Source: Dendrobates tinctorius
Lineage: Eukaryota
DNA: 64,000 nucleotides
Assembly: GCF_039654945.1 (NCBI RefSeq)
Contig: NW_027361797.1
Span: forward strand, 38,068,001-38,132,000
Direction of reading: 5' to 3'
The notes beneath the pieces are model-generated. The model saw nothing but the letters and a program-made list of their open reading frames with translations. It did not search any database and was not told the origin of the DNA. The translations under genes and the position numbers were made by a program. Positions 13,466-27,174 of this stretch are shown piece after piece; positions within the stretch are counted from its first letter, which is position 1, and each line of letters opens with the position of its first letter.

Positions 13466-14004
13466 GTTTTGTGGTCGTTTTTTTTGCTGATATAACCTTT
13501 TCAGTATAGGCTGATTGCACTACTTAGGGGATAATATTGAACACTGTTTCCTATGGCCCTGAGTTTTTGCAGTGCGATTGCTATGGGTATTTTATTTTTA
13601 TAGATCAGTACTTTTTTGCACTAATGCTATATACAAAAAGTCCTTTTGTGACCATGGATCTTTGTCCATGAGCACCTGACAGTATTATTATATTGGCTTA
13701 TAATAATAATCCTTATATATTTTTATCATTGTTTCTATCACTATACCAACCTATTCAAGTGTGGTACTGGGTGTTGCTGATTCCCTTGTGTATTTTAGTT
13801 TTTTCTGTCAATTTTATTACTTTATTTTGACTACAATAAAATTTGTTATAATTTTCACCTACGCTCTTTTGTCCACTTTCTTTCTTGGGATTTTGTGCAT
13901 ATTATGGATGAGTTTTTTTTGTATTTGAGCCTTTTTTGGGATTTTAGTACACAGGGGTGTAGATGTTCTTTATATTCTTTCACATGCTATTTTCATTTTT
14001 ACAG

Positions 14005-14733
14005 GTAATTTTTATGGTCTGGAATGCCATAAACGACCCGCTATTTGGTTATATCCAAGATAATTCCAAAACGGGCTTCTGCTCTATACGACGCCACTCC
14101 ATATTATACGGCGCTCCATTTTATGCCCTCGCTTTTCTGGTTCCTTGGTTTCCTTGGAAAGATTACACAGAAGGTGAATGGCTCAGTGGTGTCCATCTCA
14201 TGGTAGCCCTCTGCATTTTTGATGGCATGCTTACCTTTGTTTTGCTTGCCCAATGCGCCCTATTTGCCGAGATTTCATCCAAGCACGAAAATCGTCTTCA
14301 GCTCATTAAATACAACCAAGTAGCTTCACTTCTGGCATCATCGAGCATTCTCTTCTGCGGACTTGCATCTGATAACATGGACAACATCCCCAGCTTTCAG
14401 ACATTCACAGTCTTTGTGGCAGTCCTGGCCACAGCATGCATGTGTTACACCGGGGTGTTTGGCGTAAGCCAGTACGAACAGCGGGAAAAATCGGTGGAGA
14501 GCAGCGCCAAGTCAGACACCTCTCTGTCCTGGACCGCTGTGCTGACTCTCACCAAACAGATCCTTACCCAAAAGAATTTTCTGTTGTTTGTGTTTATGAA
14601 CTTTTTTCAAGTTTTTCACGGTACTTTTTGCAGCAACTTCATGATAATATTTGCTGATAACCTCATTCCTAAAGATGCACTCCCCTCTGCCGTCAGAAGT
14701 CTCATGTATGGAGCTGGCTTCATTTTTCCTCCA
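14005..14733 (+). CDS. MFSD13B: MFSD13B coding exon 2
   Basis: Acceptor tttttacag; VIFMVWNAINDPLFGYIQD (NDPxxG motif of MFS_2/GPH-type transporters) and several hydrophobic helices; donor CCA|GTAAGT; 729 nt, phase 0-0. Confidence 0.92.
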
Positions 14734-15129
14734 GTAAGTAGTAAAACCGTACAGTCTTCTTCCTCAGGTCCATACAGACATCAATATGTAATCGATTAAA
14801 TACGTGCTGATAAAATAATGCTTACAAATCACGGAAACGAATGCAGGAAGAAGTTCATTAACCAAGTAAAACTTTTAATAGTTGCCGATTCGATACGCTT
14901 ATCAGACTCCAATAAAGTCAACCGTAGAAGGTGCAAACGAACAATGCGGAAATATTAGCGTCGCGACGGTTGTCTGTGGTGGGAAGTGTTAAGCGTTCAC
15001 AACTCTACTCTTTAGGTCTCATTCACACATCAGTATTTTGCATCAGTCTTTTGTATGCCAAAACCAGGAATGGCACTTACAGAGAGAAACTGTAATTACT
15101 GATGTATGAATAAAGCCTTACCGAGTGTC

Positions 15130-15700
15130 TGTAGGACATCAGAATTTTTCCCAAAATTAGGATGTTGGTCAGATGCCAAATGTCCTTGGTGCTCTATAGA
15201 ACCAGTAGACCTAATTCATATGCTTTGTGGAGGCTCACAACTTCACTGGTATTGGAAGGAGCTGGAGGTACTGGATTGTGTCTTGGGCATAACAATAATT
15301 AGAGGCCCTAAAGTTGGCCGAACACATTAGATGGCTCTCGGCTATCGCAGCCGACTCTCACATACACAGGAGCGCTCTTTCAGCCGAATGCTCATGTGCT
15401 GTCTATAAGAAAGCCGCCGACTGACACATCGTCTGGCTGGTTAGCTCAGGGAGAACAATGCAATCAACACCTCTCCAGACCATCGATCAGCCGGCGCCCA
15501 ATACACATTAGACCATCGATCGAACCCTTCGATATCGATGGGTTCGGCCAACATAAGTCTAATGGTATGGCCACCGCGTGACCTGCATACTTGGTCATGT
15601 TGAGGATCTCACAATTGTCTCTCTCCCTCTCCTACTTTCTTTGGTATATTAATTGTGATATCCAGAAGGGATTTTGAGATGACAGGAGGTGGCGGGTGAA
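15130..15700 (+). mobile_element. L1/Tx1-like ORF2 C-terminal remnant interrupted by a MITE (about 15310-15575)
   Basis: CPWC...DLIHML...LHWYW resembles the Cys/His knuckle of L1-clade ORF2; reading resumes (TCILGHVED) after a TGGCC..CATTAG / CTAATG..TGGCCA palindrome. Confidence 0.6.
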
Positions 15701-17039
15701 TTGGGGCATGATTGGGGTTTTATCAGTGTTATTTTTTTAACTGTTTATATGCAAAATCGTTAAAAAATATTATGCCGAATTACAGAGATGCTTGCTGTTA
15801 GCGCGAGTCCCATCCATTGTATGCGCATCTGATGGCGACATTCCGAAAGCGCAAATAACATTCAAATCTCCAAAAGTTAAACATTTTGGAATTGCTAATA
15901 ACATTAAATGAACATATATAGATCATATCAGTGCGACGTATGGTAAATTACGAACTGTATAAATAAATGAAGCGTAACATTTAGCTATAGACTGATTCAA
16001 AGAGACCCTCACGTTCCCTATTTTTTTTCATCATGCCTCTGGAATTTTGAGGAAAATGGGACCAATCATTGTTTGCCCCCTTGAAATTAAAAAGACTTGT
16101 TCTCAAATTAAAAAGACTTGTACTCCCCTCCCATGCCAGCGCCATTCCAGCAGTGTTGGCATTCGCGCTCCCAGAGCTCTTGCGCGGTTGTGACACGTGA
16201 GCTCAGCGCCCAATCAGTGCTGGCGTCACAGGACAAAAAGTGAGTGACCAGCCGCAGCTCTTAATATCTTGTTAATATTTCTACGTCTGAAGGAGGAGAC
16301 CGTGATGCCAGCGCCGACTGGGTGCCAGGCTTGCGTGTCACGACAACCGCTCAAGAGCACTGGTGCCCAAGTGCTGATACCCCTGGAATGGCGCCGCCAC
16401 AGGAGGTGAGTATAAGCTTTTTTTTCTTTAGGACCTCCGTCAGAAATAATCTATTTACAGTCAGTTGGTATTGTTCAAGGTCAACCAATAGTAGACGTCT
16501 TAGAGTCAATTGTGATGGGCGTTCCCATGCAGTCGTGTAGGAACTGAACCTCTTGGACCCAGTATCTCCCACTCTTTTTTCTTTCGGTAGTAGAGAGGTA
16601 GTTGTACACAAATCTCCATAATGTGAAGAGGTGAGAAAGTATATACAGTGTCAGGGAAGGGAAAGAAAACAGACTACAAATAAGGAGGAAAGTACATGAA
16701 AATGAGTACAGCATAGAAGCTGTGCTATTATATGAGCTAATAAAGATTGGACAATTTCAGACTTCAAATCCAGCATGTATTACTGGAAGAGAAACTCCCA
16801 AAGGAGAAAAATTTGAATCTTGGGTCAGTCTAAAAATGATACGAAAGAATGAAGATTGGAGACTGATACTTATTGCAATTTTATTAACTAAATGTAACTA
16901 CTAACATGTAATTTTTTTCCATATCAATGGTATGAGAGACAGTCCCACAGGTATATTAAGTGACTTTGATCCTTCTTATCGTAGCCTGGTCGTATTCTGA
17001 ATTTGGTCACAGTTGATCACTTTTCATTTATATTTTCAG

Positions 17040-17194
17040 TTTCTCGTGCTGATCAGTCACTCGTTATTATCACGTATCGGGTATTATAAGGTCATCTTGT
17101 ATGCCTTCTATGTAGAAGCCATTGCAGCAGTTTTGATGGTGTTCATAGGACAGCAGCATTACTATATCCTTGCGACATTCCTCGTCACCAACAT
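17040..17194 (+). CDS. MFSD13B: MFSD13B coding exon 3
   Basis: Acceptor attttcag; FLVLISHSLLSRIGYYKVILYAFYVEAIAAVLMVFIGQQHYYILATFLVTN; donor AT|GTAAGT; phase 0-2. Confidence 0.88.
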
Positions 17195-17546
17195 GTAAGT
17201 AAACCTCTCCTGCTTTCTGTTAATGTCCGGTATAACACTGTTTTTTTTTATTCCTTCTGTTTTTCCTCAATTGTATTTTGTCTCTAATGACAGATTAATA
17301 CTCTTATTTTATTAAATTGACATTGTCACTGACGGACCTACGGGTATATGTAAAGACTCTGGCACCATATAGCACCGCATCACAGATGGTTCTTAAAGGC
17401 GTCAATCAATACACATACTATCAGCTTTGCACAAAAATTTAGCGACTTTTGATGTATTTGTGCCAGCAGTGACCAGTTCTGCCAACTTTTTGACAAGGGA
17501 CTGATTGATGTACATTTTTGGTGGTGGTGCACAGCAAATTCACTAA

Positions 17547-17925
17547 GGCTGTGTGCACACGCTGCGGATTTTGCTGCGGTTCCGCAGCGGTTTTGGCCGC
17601 TGCGGACCCGCAGCAGTTTTTGCTGCGGTGTACAGTACCATGATTCCCTATGGGAATCAAAAACCGCAGTGCAGACGGTGCGGAATTTTCCGCGCGGATT
17701 ATCTGCGGTTTTCAATCCGCAGAAAGAATTGACATGTCAATTCTTTCTGCGGATTCTCCTGCGGTTTGCCATCTCCTCCATTGAGGAGATGAAAAACCGC
17801 AGGGCAAAACCGCAGAGCAATCCGCAGGTAAAACCGCAGGTCTTTTGACCTGCGGTTTCACCTGCGGATTTTACAAAATCCGCGCGGATGAATCCGCACA
17901 TAATCCGCAGCGTGTGCACACAGCC
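17547..17925. mobile_element. Harbinger-type MITE (related copy at about 40843-41123)
   Basis: TIR GGCTGTGTGCACACGCTGCGGATT, TAA/TTA flanks, internal CCGCA/TGCGG repeats. Confidence 0.8.
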
Positions 17926-20603
17926 TTAGAGTCGCACGCCTCTTGAATTTGTCTTATCTTACGCCAGTACACTGTTTATTAAGACTATCATGCAAAACGC
18001 CAGTCTCGATTACTCTGGTCCCAAATGTCAGACATTTTGTGGCTTAAAGTGCCAGTGATATATTTCTGATACCTCTTAGAACCCTGGTATAATATAAGGA
18101 GGAAAGCTCATAAAGAGGAAGTCAGTGCAGAATAGAAGCTGTGCTGATAAATGAGCTAATGGAGAAAGCAGCACCCTGGAGAGAGCTCACATCCAACCTA
18201 TATTACTGAGAGAGACACTCCCATGAAGGAAAAGAATCTGACACTTCGATCAGGCTGCAAACTGTGCATAGACAGTCTGACATTTAATGAAGCAATAAAT
18301 GCAATTTTATTAGCTAAATGGTAATCACTAATATGTAAAAATAGTTTTTTTCCATGTCAAAAGTGTTCATAGTCTTTAAAGCATTGGCAGTATAGGCAAA
18401 TGTAGGATATGGTTTCTGAAAATTAACTTTATTTAGGTATCCATTTTTGACATTGCTGTCTAGAGATATGAAGTGTCAAAGAGGACAGAATTTGCACTGG
18501 ACACCGGATGTAATAGTGGCTGCAGAGTGGAATACAATGCATGTTTTTTTTTCTGTCTCTTCTCTGTACAGATATTATCAAAGTATTCCGCACCTAATGA
18601 GTTAATTTTTGTTACGTCCTAGTGGACTTTATTGGAGAGTTTTCACTGGGGGCATGTACTTCTTATTGTATGACATTGCCCAATCATAAGCAGGCAGCAG
18701 CACAAAGGAGAAAAAGAACATGTTCCCACTATAGCTCAGAACAGGATCCTCCTATGTGAGATATAATCTGATCTCACTGCAGATCCATTACATGTTGTGT
18801 GACTCGCCTCTGGACAGGCAAAGTGGGTGGTACAGCAGAGGTGACAATGTTATGAGAGGAGGAGAGCTGATAGAAGGGTTTGTAATATGACACAGCTAAA
18901 GTTGACTGCACTGTCCCACCCCTGCACGAAGACCTCATCTGTAAGGTGTGCGTGATCAGTTCTTTACTCCCAGCACTTTCTAATCATGCAGGAGGTTGGA
19001 CCAGGAGAGCAGGTGATTAAAGTCATCTGTCATTACATCTCGCACACTGAGAAACCTGCTGTAAGCCATTGTGGGGGCGTGTTCTTTTTCTCCTTTGTGT
19101 TGATTCCTACTCATGATTGGGCAACCTCATTTAGGGGGAAGAAGTACACACCCACAGTGAAAAATCTCTGATAACGTCCACATGGACTTTGCAAAAATAA
19201 ACTTGTTAGGTGTCATATACTTAGGTTGCTCATATCTCCGCAATAGAGAGGCATAATTAGGGCAAAATGAAATATTTGGTGAAATATACATATACTTTAA
19301 ACATATGTATAGTACTTAGACTGTTTTCGAGAAGGCATATGACTATTATTACCTTGTCAATCATGTATCCGCCCTGTCGATTTCTCTTACTTGCTTTTCT
19401 GGCTCTACCAAATATTATGGTAATTGCTGCTCAACCTCCTGATAAATTACAGCAAAGGAACCTTGACAGTAAAATATCTTTAGTGGAAGAGTTGCTCATC
19501 TGATGGTCTAGAAAATCTGATATTCCAGCATTAGTGGGAACCTGACAAATGATTCATACTGCCCTAAGTATGGTAGGGATGAATCGGAGACTGGCTCTGT
19601 ACACAAACGGGTAAAAAAAACAAAAAACTGTCGATCATGGGGAGATGCCGGAGCGGACATACCTCTGTGACTAGTTATCCGCATCGCCCCGGCCCCCGTC
19701 TTAAAGTATGTTTTCTGTGTCAGTGTTTCATAGTACAACATATAGGTCTGCAGTAACAGAACCTGTCTGATTTATGCTGCCTTTGGTTCTGGAAGCATAA
19801 GAACATAAAAATTAGAAAAATACTTATAAAAAAAAAAAACTGGGAACTTTTTTTTTTTTTTACTTTTAAAAAAATATTAAAAGAGGTTCTTATCACATCA
19901 ACTAATATAAGAATACGTTCAGATGGTGAAAGTTTCACGTGAATTTTGGCACATATTTCGTTCCAAAACCTGCCGCCCAAACACTGCCTCTTATTGTGTT
20001 TCAGTGGAAATCTGTGTTGATGTTTATACGTTCCGTTACCGATCAATAAAGCGGATCGGTCATTTGATTTCACAATATAGTTTGTAGAAAGTATTAATAA
20101 ATAGATCTATTCAGGCTGATATTGTCACATCAGAAAGCCTGTATAATCCTCAAATGAAAGAGCATTTTAATACTCAGTAGGGTTATTTTCAAAAAGGATT
20201 ACAAAACCACTCTGACAGGGAGTTTCAAAGTAAGTACACCCCCCTCATCAGGTGTGACAGGCCTGCATATTATAGTTTGCAGCTCGTATTGCTGAATATG
20301 GTGACAGATTAGCATTAAATAGACCCAAGCTATATTATTCCGCCCCCACCACTGATTGCCATCTTTCTGCCTATGCACAGTGTACACAGAAAGCTGTAAG
20401 TCAGTGATGTGGGCGGGGTTATACAGGGCTCAGCATAGAACTGGTAAATATGCAGCAGATAAAACAAGGACTTTATCAAAACTGAAGCAATCAGCCCAGT
20501 AAGTGATACATCACTGGAATCGGGGTCTCAGCCCCTGCATCATGCTGCTCTCAGACGGAGTAGGAAAAATCTGGTGGAAGATTCCCTTTATTAGTATGCT
20601 TTA

Positions 20604-20950
<347 letters not shown>

Positions 20951-22259
20951 GTGGAGACACTGGGGATCAGCAGGTGCTCTAGTCCGCTATTCGAAACTGC
21001 ACGGACCAGGGCTTATCCCACCGAACGCCCGCTTTCTTTTTACCGTGGGCGTAATACTACTAAGACTACAGTGTGGCAATACTTTACTGAACCACAAAAC
21101 TGGCAAACAACACGTAGAACAATCCCGGCAAATACCCAAGATGGTGCAAATTACAGTCTCTCCCTTCCGCTGACTCGCTGAGATTAGAACCGCTTCCAGG
21201 GCCGACTACCCAACACTTTCGGCCATGACTATATATACATTTTGTCTAACTGTCCAATAAACCAGAATTGTATTATATGTCTTATTTAAGCATACATTGG
21301 TTCAGTTCCACCATGGGTTAAATACTAACCTTTTGGACCTTCTAGCAGTTTATTTTTCTCAATGATCACAAAATAACAAAAATAACTAAATTTGGATTGT
21401 ATAAACTTTTAGTTTTTCTGTGTCCTCCCACTATCCCATTACTCCGTGGCAAATTTTTGCTGTAGATCTTTTTTGAAAAATAAGCAATATTAGCTAACAC
21501 TGTTCATGCTGAGCTTCCTGGTTCATGCCTCTCTGGCACTCAGGTGAGAAGAGTGGTTAAATAACTCTGTACTCCTTGTGCTCTGTACTCCTTAGTTCCG
21601 TATCCACGTTCTCTGCTGCCCCCCAGTTACATTCTCTTCTGCTTTGGTGCTGAATGTATTCAGCACATGCACAAATATAGGGGATTTTATATGTACCGTA
21701 GTTATAAATGTGTTCTCTCTCTCCAACACCTTGTCCGCTTCACTATATGGTGTCACAATTCCAATGATGCCTCAGTGGTCTGAATCCATCATTAAAGCCC
21801 CCAAAACTGCTTTTTTAGCTTTATGCAAATTAGTTTGCAAGTGCACACTGTGGTCTATACTGGTGCACTTGCAGTCCATGGTTACGCTTCCATTTTTTTG
21901 TCCGCCCTGTGCTGCATGATTGACAATGGAGACAGAGGCTCTGTTCTTGACCTATAGAGCTCTACCTCTGGATAACACTGTAAAATGAAGCTGACGGCTT
22001 GTCTTTACCATCAGTGTGCAGGGGCATAGGCTGTGACTGCAGGACCTGACTACACAGGGTTGGATTGTAGTCTGTTGCCATAGTGACACATGTTCTATTC
22101 ACTTCTGTTTGTCCCAATAGACAAGTGACCCAATAACCCGTATTTTGTGTCACAGCATTTTTATTACGATTCACATGTCATTGGAAATTACTGTATAATT
22201 ACTGACAAATTATAGGTTTATATTTATTTGTAACTCATGTTATATTTTTTTCTCTCCAG

Positions 22260-22343
22260 GGTATTAGTACATGCCTCATTCAGCGTATTTAATCTGCCTT
22301 TGGCCGATATTGTAGATGCAGATTTTGCCAACTACAAACGCAA
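22260..22343 (+). CDS. MFSD13B: MFSD13B coding exon 4
   Basis: Acceptor tctctccag; (M)VLVHASFSVFNLPLADIVDADFANYKR; donor AA|GTAAGT; 84 nt, phase 2-2. Too short for the ORF track. Confidence 0.88.
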
Positions 22344-22717
22344 GTAAGTCACACATATGGCTTCAAGTGTTACGTGCCGCCCCTTTAAGCACAGAGGAAG
22401 TCTTTCCCGTCATTTACCATGTTTTGTGATGCCTGACCTGATTTGCTGTTGATGCTTTGCACTTCCTGTAAAACCTGTGTACACCTTACTCATAATATCT
22501 GCCCTAGTATTCCGTTCCTCACTATGAATGGGATCTATCATTTCGGTCTGCACGGAGGCTGGTTATACAAACTCATGCCAACCTGGTTTACAAAAATAGA
22601 CCATAAGTCCAATTATTATCAGAGGAGAGGAGATGTCACAGGGACGTCGTTCTAGAACACATTGAGTTAGGAAACTTTTATATGACTTTTTTTCAAACGT
22701 GCTCATAGCTGGTGGGG

Positions 22718-22791
22718 TTGCATTGAGCAGGGGGTTGGACGCGATGACCCTTGAGGTCTCTTCCAACTGTAACATTCTATGATTCTATGAT
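22718..22791 (+). mobile_element. CR1 3'-end fragment
   Basis: GGGTTGGAC...GACCCTTGAGGTCTCTTCCAAC...ATTCTATGATTCTATGA. Confidence 0.8.
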
Positions 22792-22824
22792 GGAATTAGA
22801 CAATGGACAGATCCACAGCATCGG

Positions 22825-23350
22825 TGTCACGATCCTGTTGTCCCTGTCCCTAACGCCCTAGCTCGCCCTGCTCCTCGGATTACTTCTGATGGTGAAGACG
22901 CCGGGGCCACATACTTTGCCTTAGCTCCTGAATCTGCACTCAATCTGTATCCTTCTCCCACCCAGGGAAGAGGGGAGTAGCAGTGTACTGTAGTACACCA
23001 ACCAGACGATCGAGGTAATATGAACAGGGGTTTTGAAAAATACCAAACATACAAATACACTCACAGAGACAACCGAGGAATGCATCGAGGCGCGGAGGAT
23101 GGGGTTAAACCAAAGTAGGAGAAGAAAGGGAATTATCACACACTCAAAACCTTGCAACAGTCACAGATAAATCCACCAAACACCTTCTCCAGTAATAACC
23201 ACCAACAACCTCTAGGCATGCAGCAAAAGCTAACTCTTGACAATGAGTGCTAGCTAGGGTCCAGAGTATATTGGAGATGGGCGTGGCTAACAGTGCACAG
23301 CTGAGAGCCTCCCTTTTATGAGCAATTTGGAATTATAAAAATTGTTGACA
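22825..23350. mobile_element. LTR-like repeat (second partial copy at 62814-63037)
   Basis: Both copies start TGTCACGA and share about 200 bp (GCCCTAGCT.GCCCTGCTCC...GGTGAAGAC...CCCAGGGAAGAGGG); no TSD found; right boundary approximate. Confidence 0.55.
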
Positions 23351-25219
23351 GACTCCCTTATTTAAAACCTTACATTTATTACTATTTTCATGCAGAGTTT
23401 AAAAGGCATGAAAAGTACTCTTTAGGAGTATCTTTAAGTTGTTTGCTTGAAGGGTCAACTGAGGAGACTGTGATTTTGGGGGTCCCTCAGCTGGATTCCC
23501 CAGCGCTCTGCAATCAGTGTGAGAACCTATCAGGAAGTGTCAATTCACCTACAGCGCCACCACAGAACAAATAAAGTATTACATTGTCCTCATTAAAATC
23601 AACAGGCTGTCAATGCACCATTGAGCTATGTCCTCCAAAGCTATAAACACTCTTTTGTAGATGCTCAAAACATGCCTATGAGGCTGTCAAGTTTAGGTCT
23701 GGAGATAAGCGGACAGTCTGTGCATTGCAGCCTGTGCGTGGGCCGAGCTTCATGTACATGAGCCATAACGCGGACAATAGATAAGGCTCCTAAACGGGAG
23801 TCCCCCTTCTTGAAGTTTCTAGACCAGACGATTCAGAAAGCGGCTATATGAGACTTTATCAATAAGTCTGCCAAATGGAAACGCGTCTATAATACGCTGT
23901 CAAAATTAGTTACCGTTCTCTGCACTAAAGGAAACAGGAATTTATATTTTTAAATGTGTTATTTTATATTACTTAGGTCACATAATGATTCGTGTCCACC
24001 CAATTCATCAACCACGTTCACCATTTTTGAAAAATTTGACACAAAAAATGGTAATAAATACCACATAGCAAAAAAGAAAAGTGACTTAAAACAGCAAATA
24101 TGTAAATGAATCGGGTCCTGTGTGTGTAGAGTACAAATATTGGCCATCACTTTGGCATAGCTATTTGGAGGTGACGGCTTTATTTTCTTACGGTCACGGT
24201 TTTTTCTCCTGCTGCATTATTGATCAAATTATTTTTGTAGGCAATGATTAACCTAATCATAAGAACATACCCCTAAAAATGATACTTTATTAGGTTAAAA
24301 ATAACCAAAAAACTTGGTTATGCACCAAAAAGTGACAAAAATCAAAACCAAAAGTGTTCAAACAAAACCCCAATAAGTGAATAACTAGGAATCCCTATTA
24401 GATACCCTGAGCTCACAACTGCCTGGCCGCGGAGGTTGGCACCCTAGGGGGGACGTTGTGGCGCCCCCGCTCAACGATGACTGTCCCTAGGGACCCTGAT
24501 ACACCCTGCAGCCACTAGGGTTACCCTCTACCCAATCGTAAAGGGACCCCTCATTCTAGACAATAAAATACTGCTCTAAGGAGGGCCCTGTATCCCTTAC
24601 AGTTAAAAACAATAGAACACATTCAATCCACATTAACAGGTGGTTTCAGGGTAAAGTTGTGAAGGAAGTATTTCTACTTTCACACATGGACTGTTATTGA
24701 TCTTGTGGTCATCAGATAATTTCTCAAAAAATACCACAATCACTAGACTCGAACTAGTGCCACATGGAGATAATCACTCTTTTAATGCCCAATGGCTGCC
24801 ATACTATCATGAGCGGGGGCGCCACAACGTCCCCCCTAGGGTGCCAACCTCCGCGGAATAGCCTTTAGCTCAGGTGAAAGCAAGTACAAGTGTCCATTGT
24901 TTCAGGCTCAGTCCTGGAGCCTCAGCAAACACAGGAGGCTTATCCGTCCACACATACAGCCAATATCCACAGGCCTCACTGGGTCAGCAGCCTCAGCACG
25001 TGGTCTTTAGGAAGGTAGCACACTTTCCTCCACCTAGGCCTGCCGGGACCTTCCACATGGCTCAATCAGATCCATACGCTCTCTCTCATGTGACCGGACC
25101 TCAGGTACCTTATATGGTCCATAACCTCACCCACAGGTGATCACATGGCTATGACCTCACTAAAGGTCCTATTACACACAGCCACACATATACTTTATTA
25201 TGACACTCTTAAACACACC

Positions 25220-27174
25220 CAGGGCCGGACTGGGACTAAAATTCAGCCCTGGCATTTGAAGTTACACAGGCCCACTAGTCACATGGCGACTATATAATAT
25301 CTTTGTACACTTGTAGGTTACAAAAAGTGAGCGGAGATTAACACGACTATATAACATGTAGTCAGAGCTGTGCCCAGTACTTCAGCTCAGTCCTATTTAT
25401 TGCTCTTAGGTACAGTACTCCTCCCAAAGCTCTGTCCCCTTTTGTATGCATGATGACAGAATTCCTGGCAGAACTGCTATCCATTGGGCAACCAGACCCC
25501 CGGGTCATAGCCGCCCCTATCATACCTCCCAAGTTTTGAAGAAAGGAAAGATGGACAAAGACTGCGGCGCGCCGCTGCAAATTTTGGCCACGCCCAGCCA
25601 CACCCATGTGCACACCTAATCGCACCCATTTAGCACTGCTGATCACACTGACTGGTACTGAGGGAACAGTGGCTGGCACTAAGGAAGAGAGAAAACAGAG
25701 AAAGAGAGAAAGAAAGGGGAAAGAAAGAACAGAGAGAAAGAGAGGAAAGAAAAAGAAAGAAATAAAGAAAGATTCTATAAAGATACTATAGCAGCCCGGC
25801 TCCCATTGTAGTGCCCACCTGACCCTCCCAGTGCAGGACATATCATGATCCTGCTGTCTGTGCTGTCGGAGGAGGACATGGTGATGGATCTGAAGCATTC
25901 CTGGTTCCGTCACAATCTCCTCAAGAAATTATCTCATTTCCGGTCAGCTTCCAGCATATCACTTCCGGTGGAACATCATGTGCGAGTTTTAAAATGCTCC
26001 TCAGGGCTCCGCCGTGTACTCCTGTGTCCATGGGAAAAGTCCGCTTTGTATGCTTCGTACACACTTGACTCCGCTCCGTACACCTCGTACACACGCGGCT
26101 CCGCTCCGTACACCTCGTACACACGCGGCTCCGCTCCGCACACCTCGTACACACGCGGCTCCGCTCCGCACACCTCGTACACACGCGGCTCCGCTCCGCA
26201 CACCTCGTACACACGCGGCTCCGCTCCGCACACCTCGTACACACGCGGCTCCGCTCCGCACACCTCGTACACACGCGGCTCCGCTCCGCACACCTCGTAC
26301 ACACGCGGCTCCGCTCCGCACACCTCGTACACACGCGGCTCCGCTCCGCACACCTCGTACACACGCGGATCCGCTCCGCACACCTCGTACACACGCGGCT
26401 CCGCTCCGCACACCTCGTACACACGCGGCTCCGCTCCGCACACCCCGTACACACGCGGCTCCGCTCCGCACACCCCGTACACACGCGGCTCCGCTCCGTA
26501 CACCCCGTACACACGCGGCTCCGCTCCGTACACCCCGTACACACGCGGCTCCGCTCCGTACACCCCGTACACACGCGGCTCCGCTCCGTACACCCCGTAC
26601 ACACGCGGCTCCGCTCCGTACACCCCGCACACACGCGGCTCTGCTACATCCACACTGTAAATCCTGACCCCACACATACTTACCTCAACCAGCACCATGA
26701 CAACAGCAAAGCAGAGTCTTGCAGACGGTAGAGGCAAGGCTGAGCGCACAGGACCTGTGATGAGGTCACAGGAGGGGCGGAGTCAGGGGTGACATGGTCT
26801 GGGGTCTGGACAAAGGCTCCTGATCATGTGACCCCCTGACTCCTCCCATCCTGTGACCTCATCACAGGTCCTGCGAACAGAGCGAGCAGACAAGCGAGTG
26901 CGACGCTGTGAGTGGCTGCGGGGGGGAGGGGGTCTCATGCTAAGGCGAGGATGGGGTTCTGGGGGGTGTGTGGGGGGCGTGGCGGCTTATCTCCCTGCAG
27001 TGCGGGAGGAACTTGGAAACTATCACCGCCGTGCTGCAGAGGGCCGGCGGCAGGAGCAACAGTGACCGCAGCCGCTGGCAAGCGGCCAGATGATCGGGCG
27101 CTGCCGCCCGCGGCCCACGTGACAGCGGCCCAGCGGGAAAATGCCCGGTTGGTTATATTGCCAATCCGGGCCTG
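25220..27174. mobile_element. Non-autonomous hAT element carrying a minisatellite
   Basis: Imperfect TIR CAGGGCCGGACTGG / CCAATCCGGGCCTG; perfect 8-bp TSD AACACACC. Confidence 0.85.
26071..26640. repeat. 30-bp GC-rich minisatellite, 19 copies
   Basis: Unit CCGCTCCG(C/T)ACACC(T/C)CGTACACACGCGGCT, with a degenerate copy at 26041-26070. Confidence 0.97.

Noticed and set aside
26071-26640. Possible CRISPR-like array
   Set aside because: Head-to-tail repeats with no unique spacers, in a vertebrate genome.
25845-26749. Five overlapping ORFs of 217-271 aa (SAPHTSYTRG repeats and others)
   Set aside because: By-product of a stop-free 30-bp minisatellite inside a hAT element; no splice or homology support.
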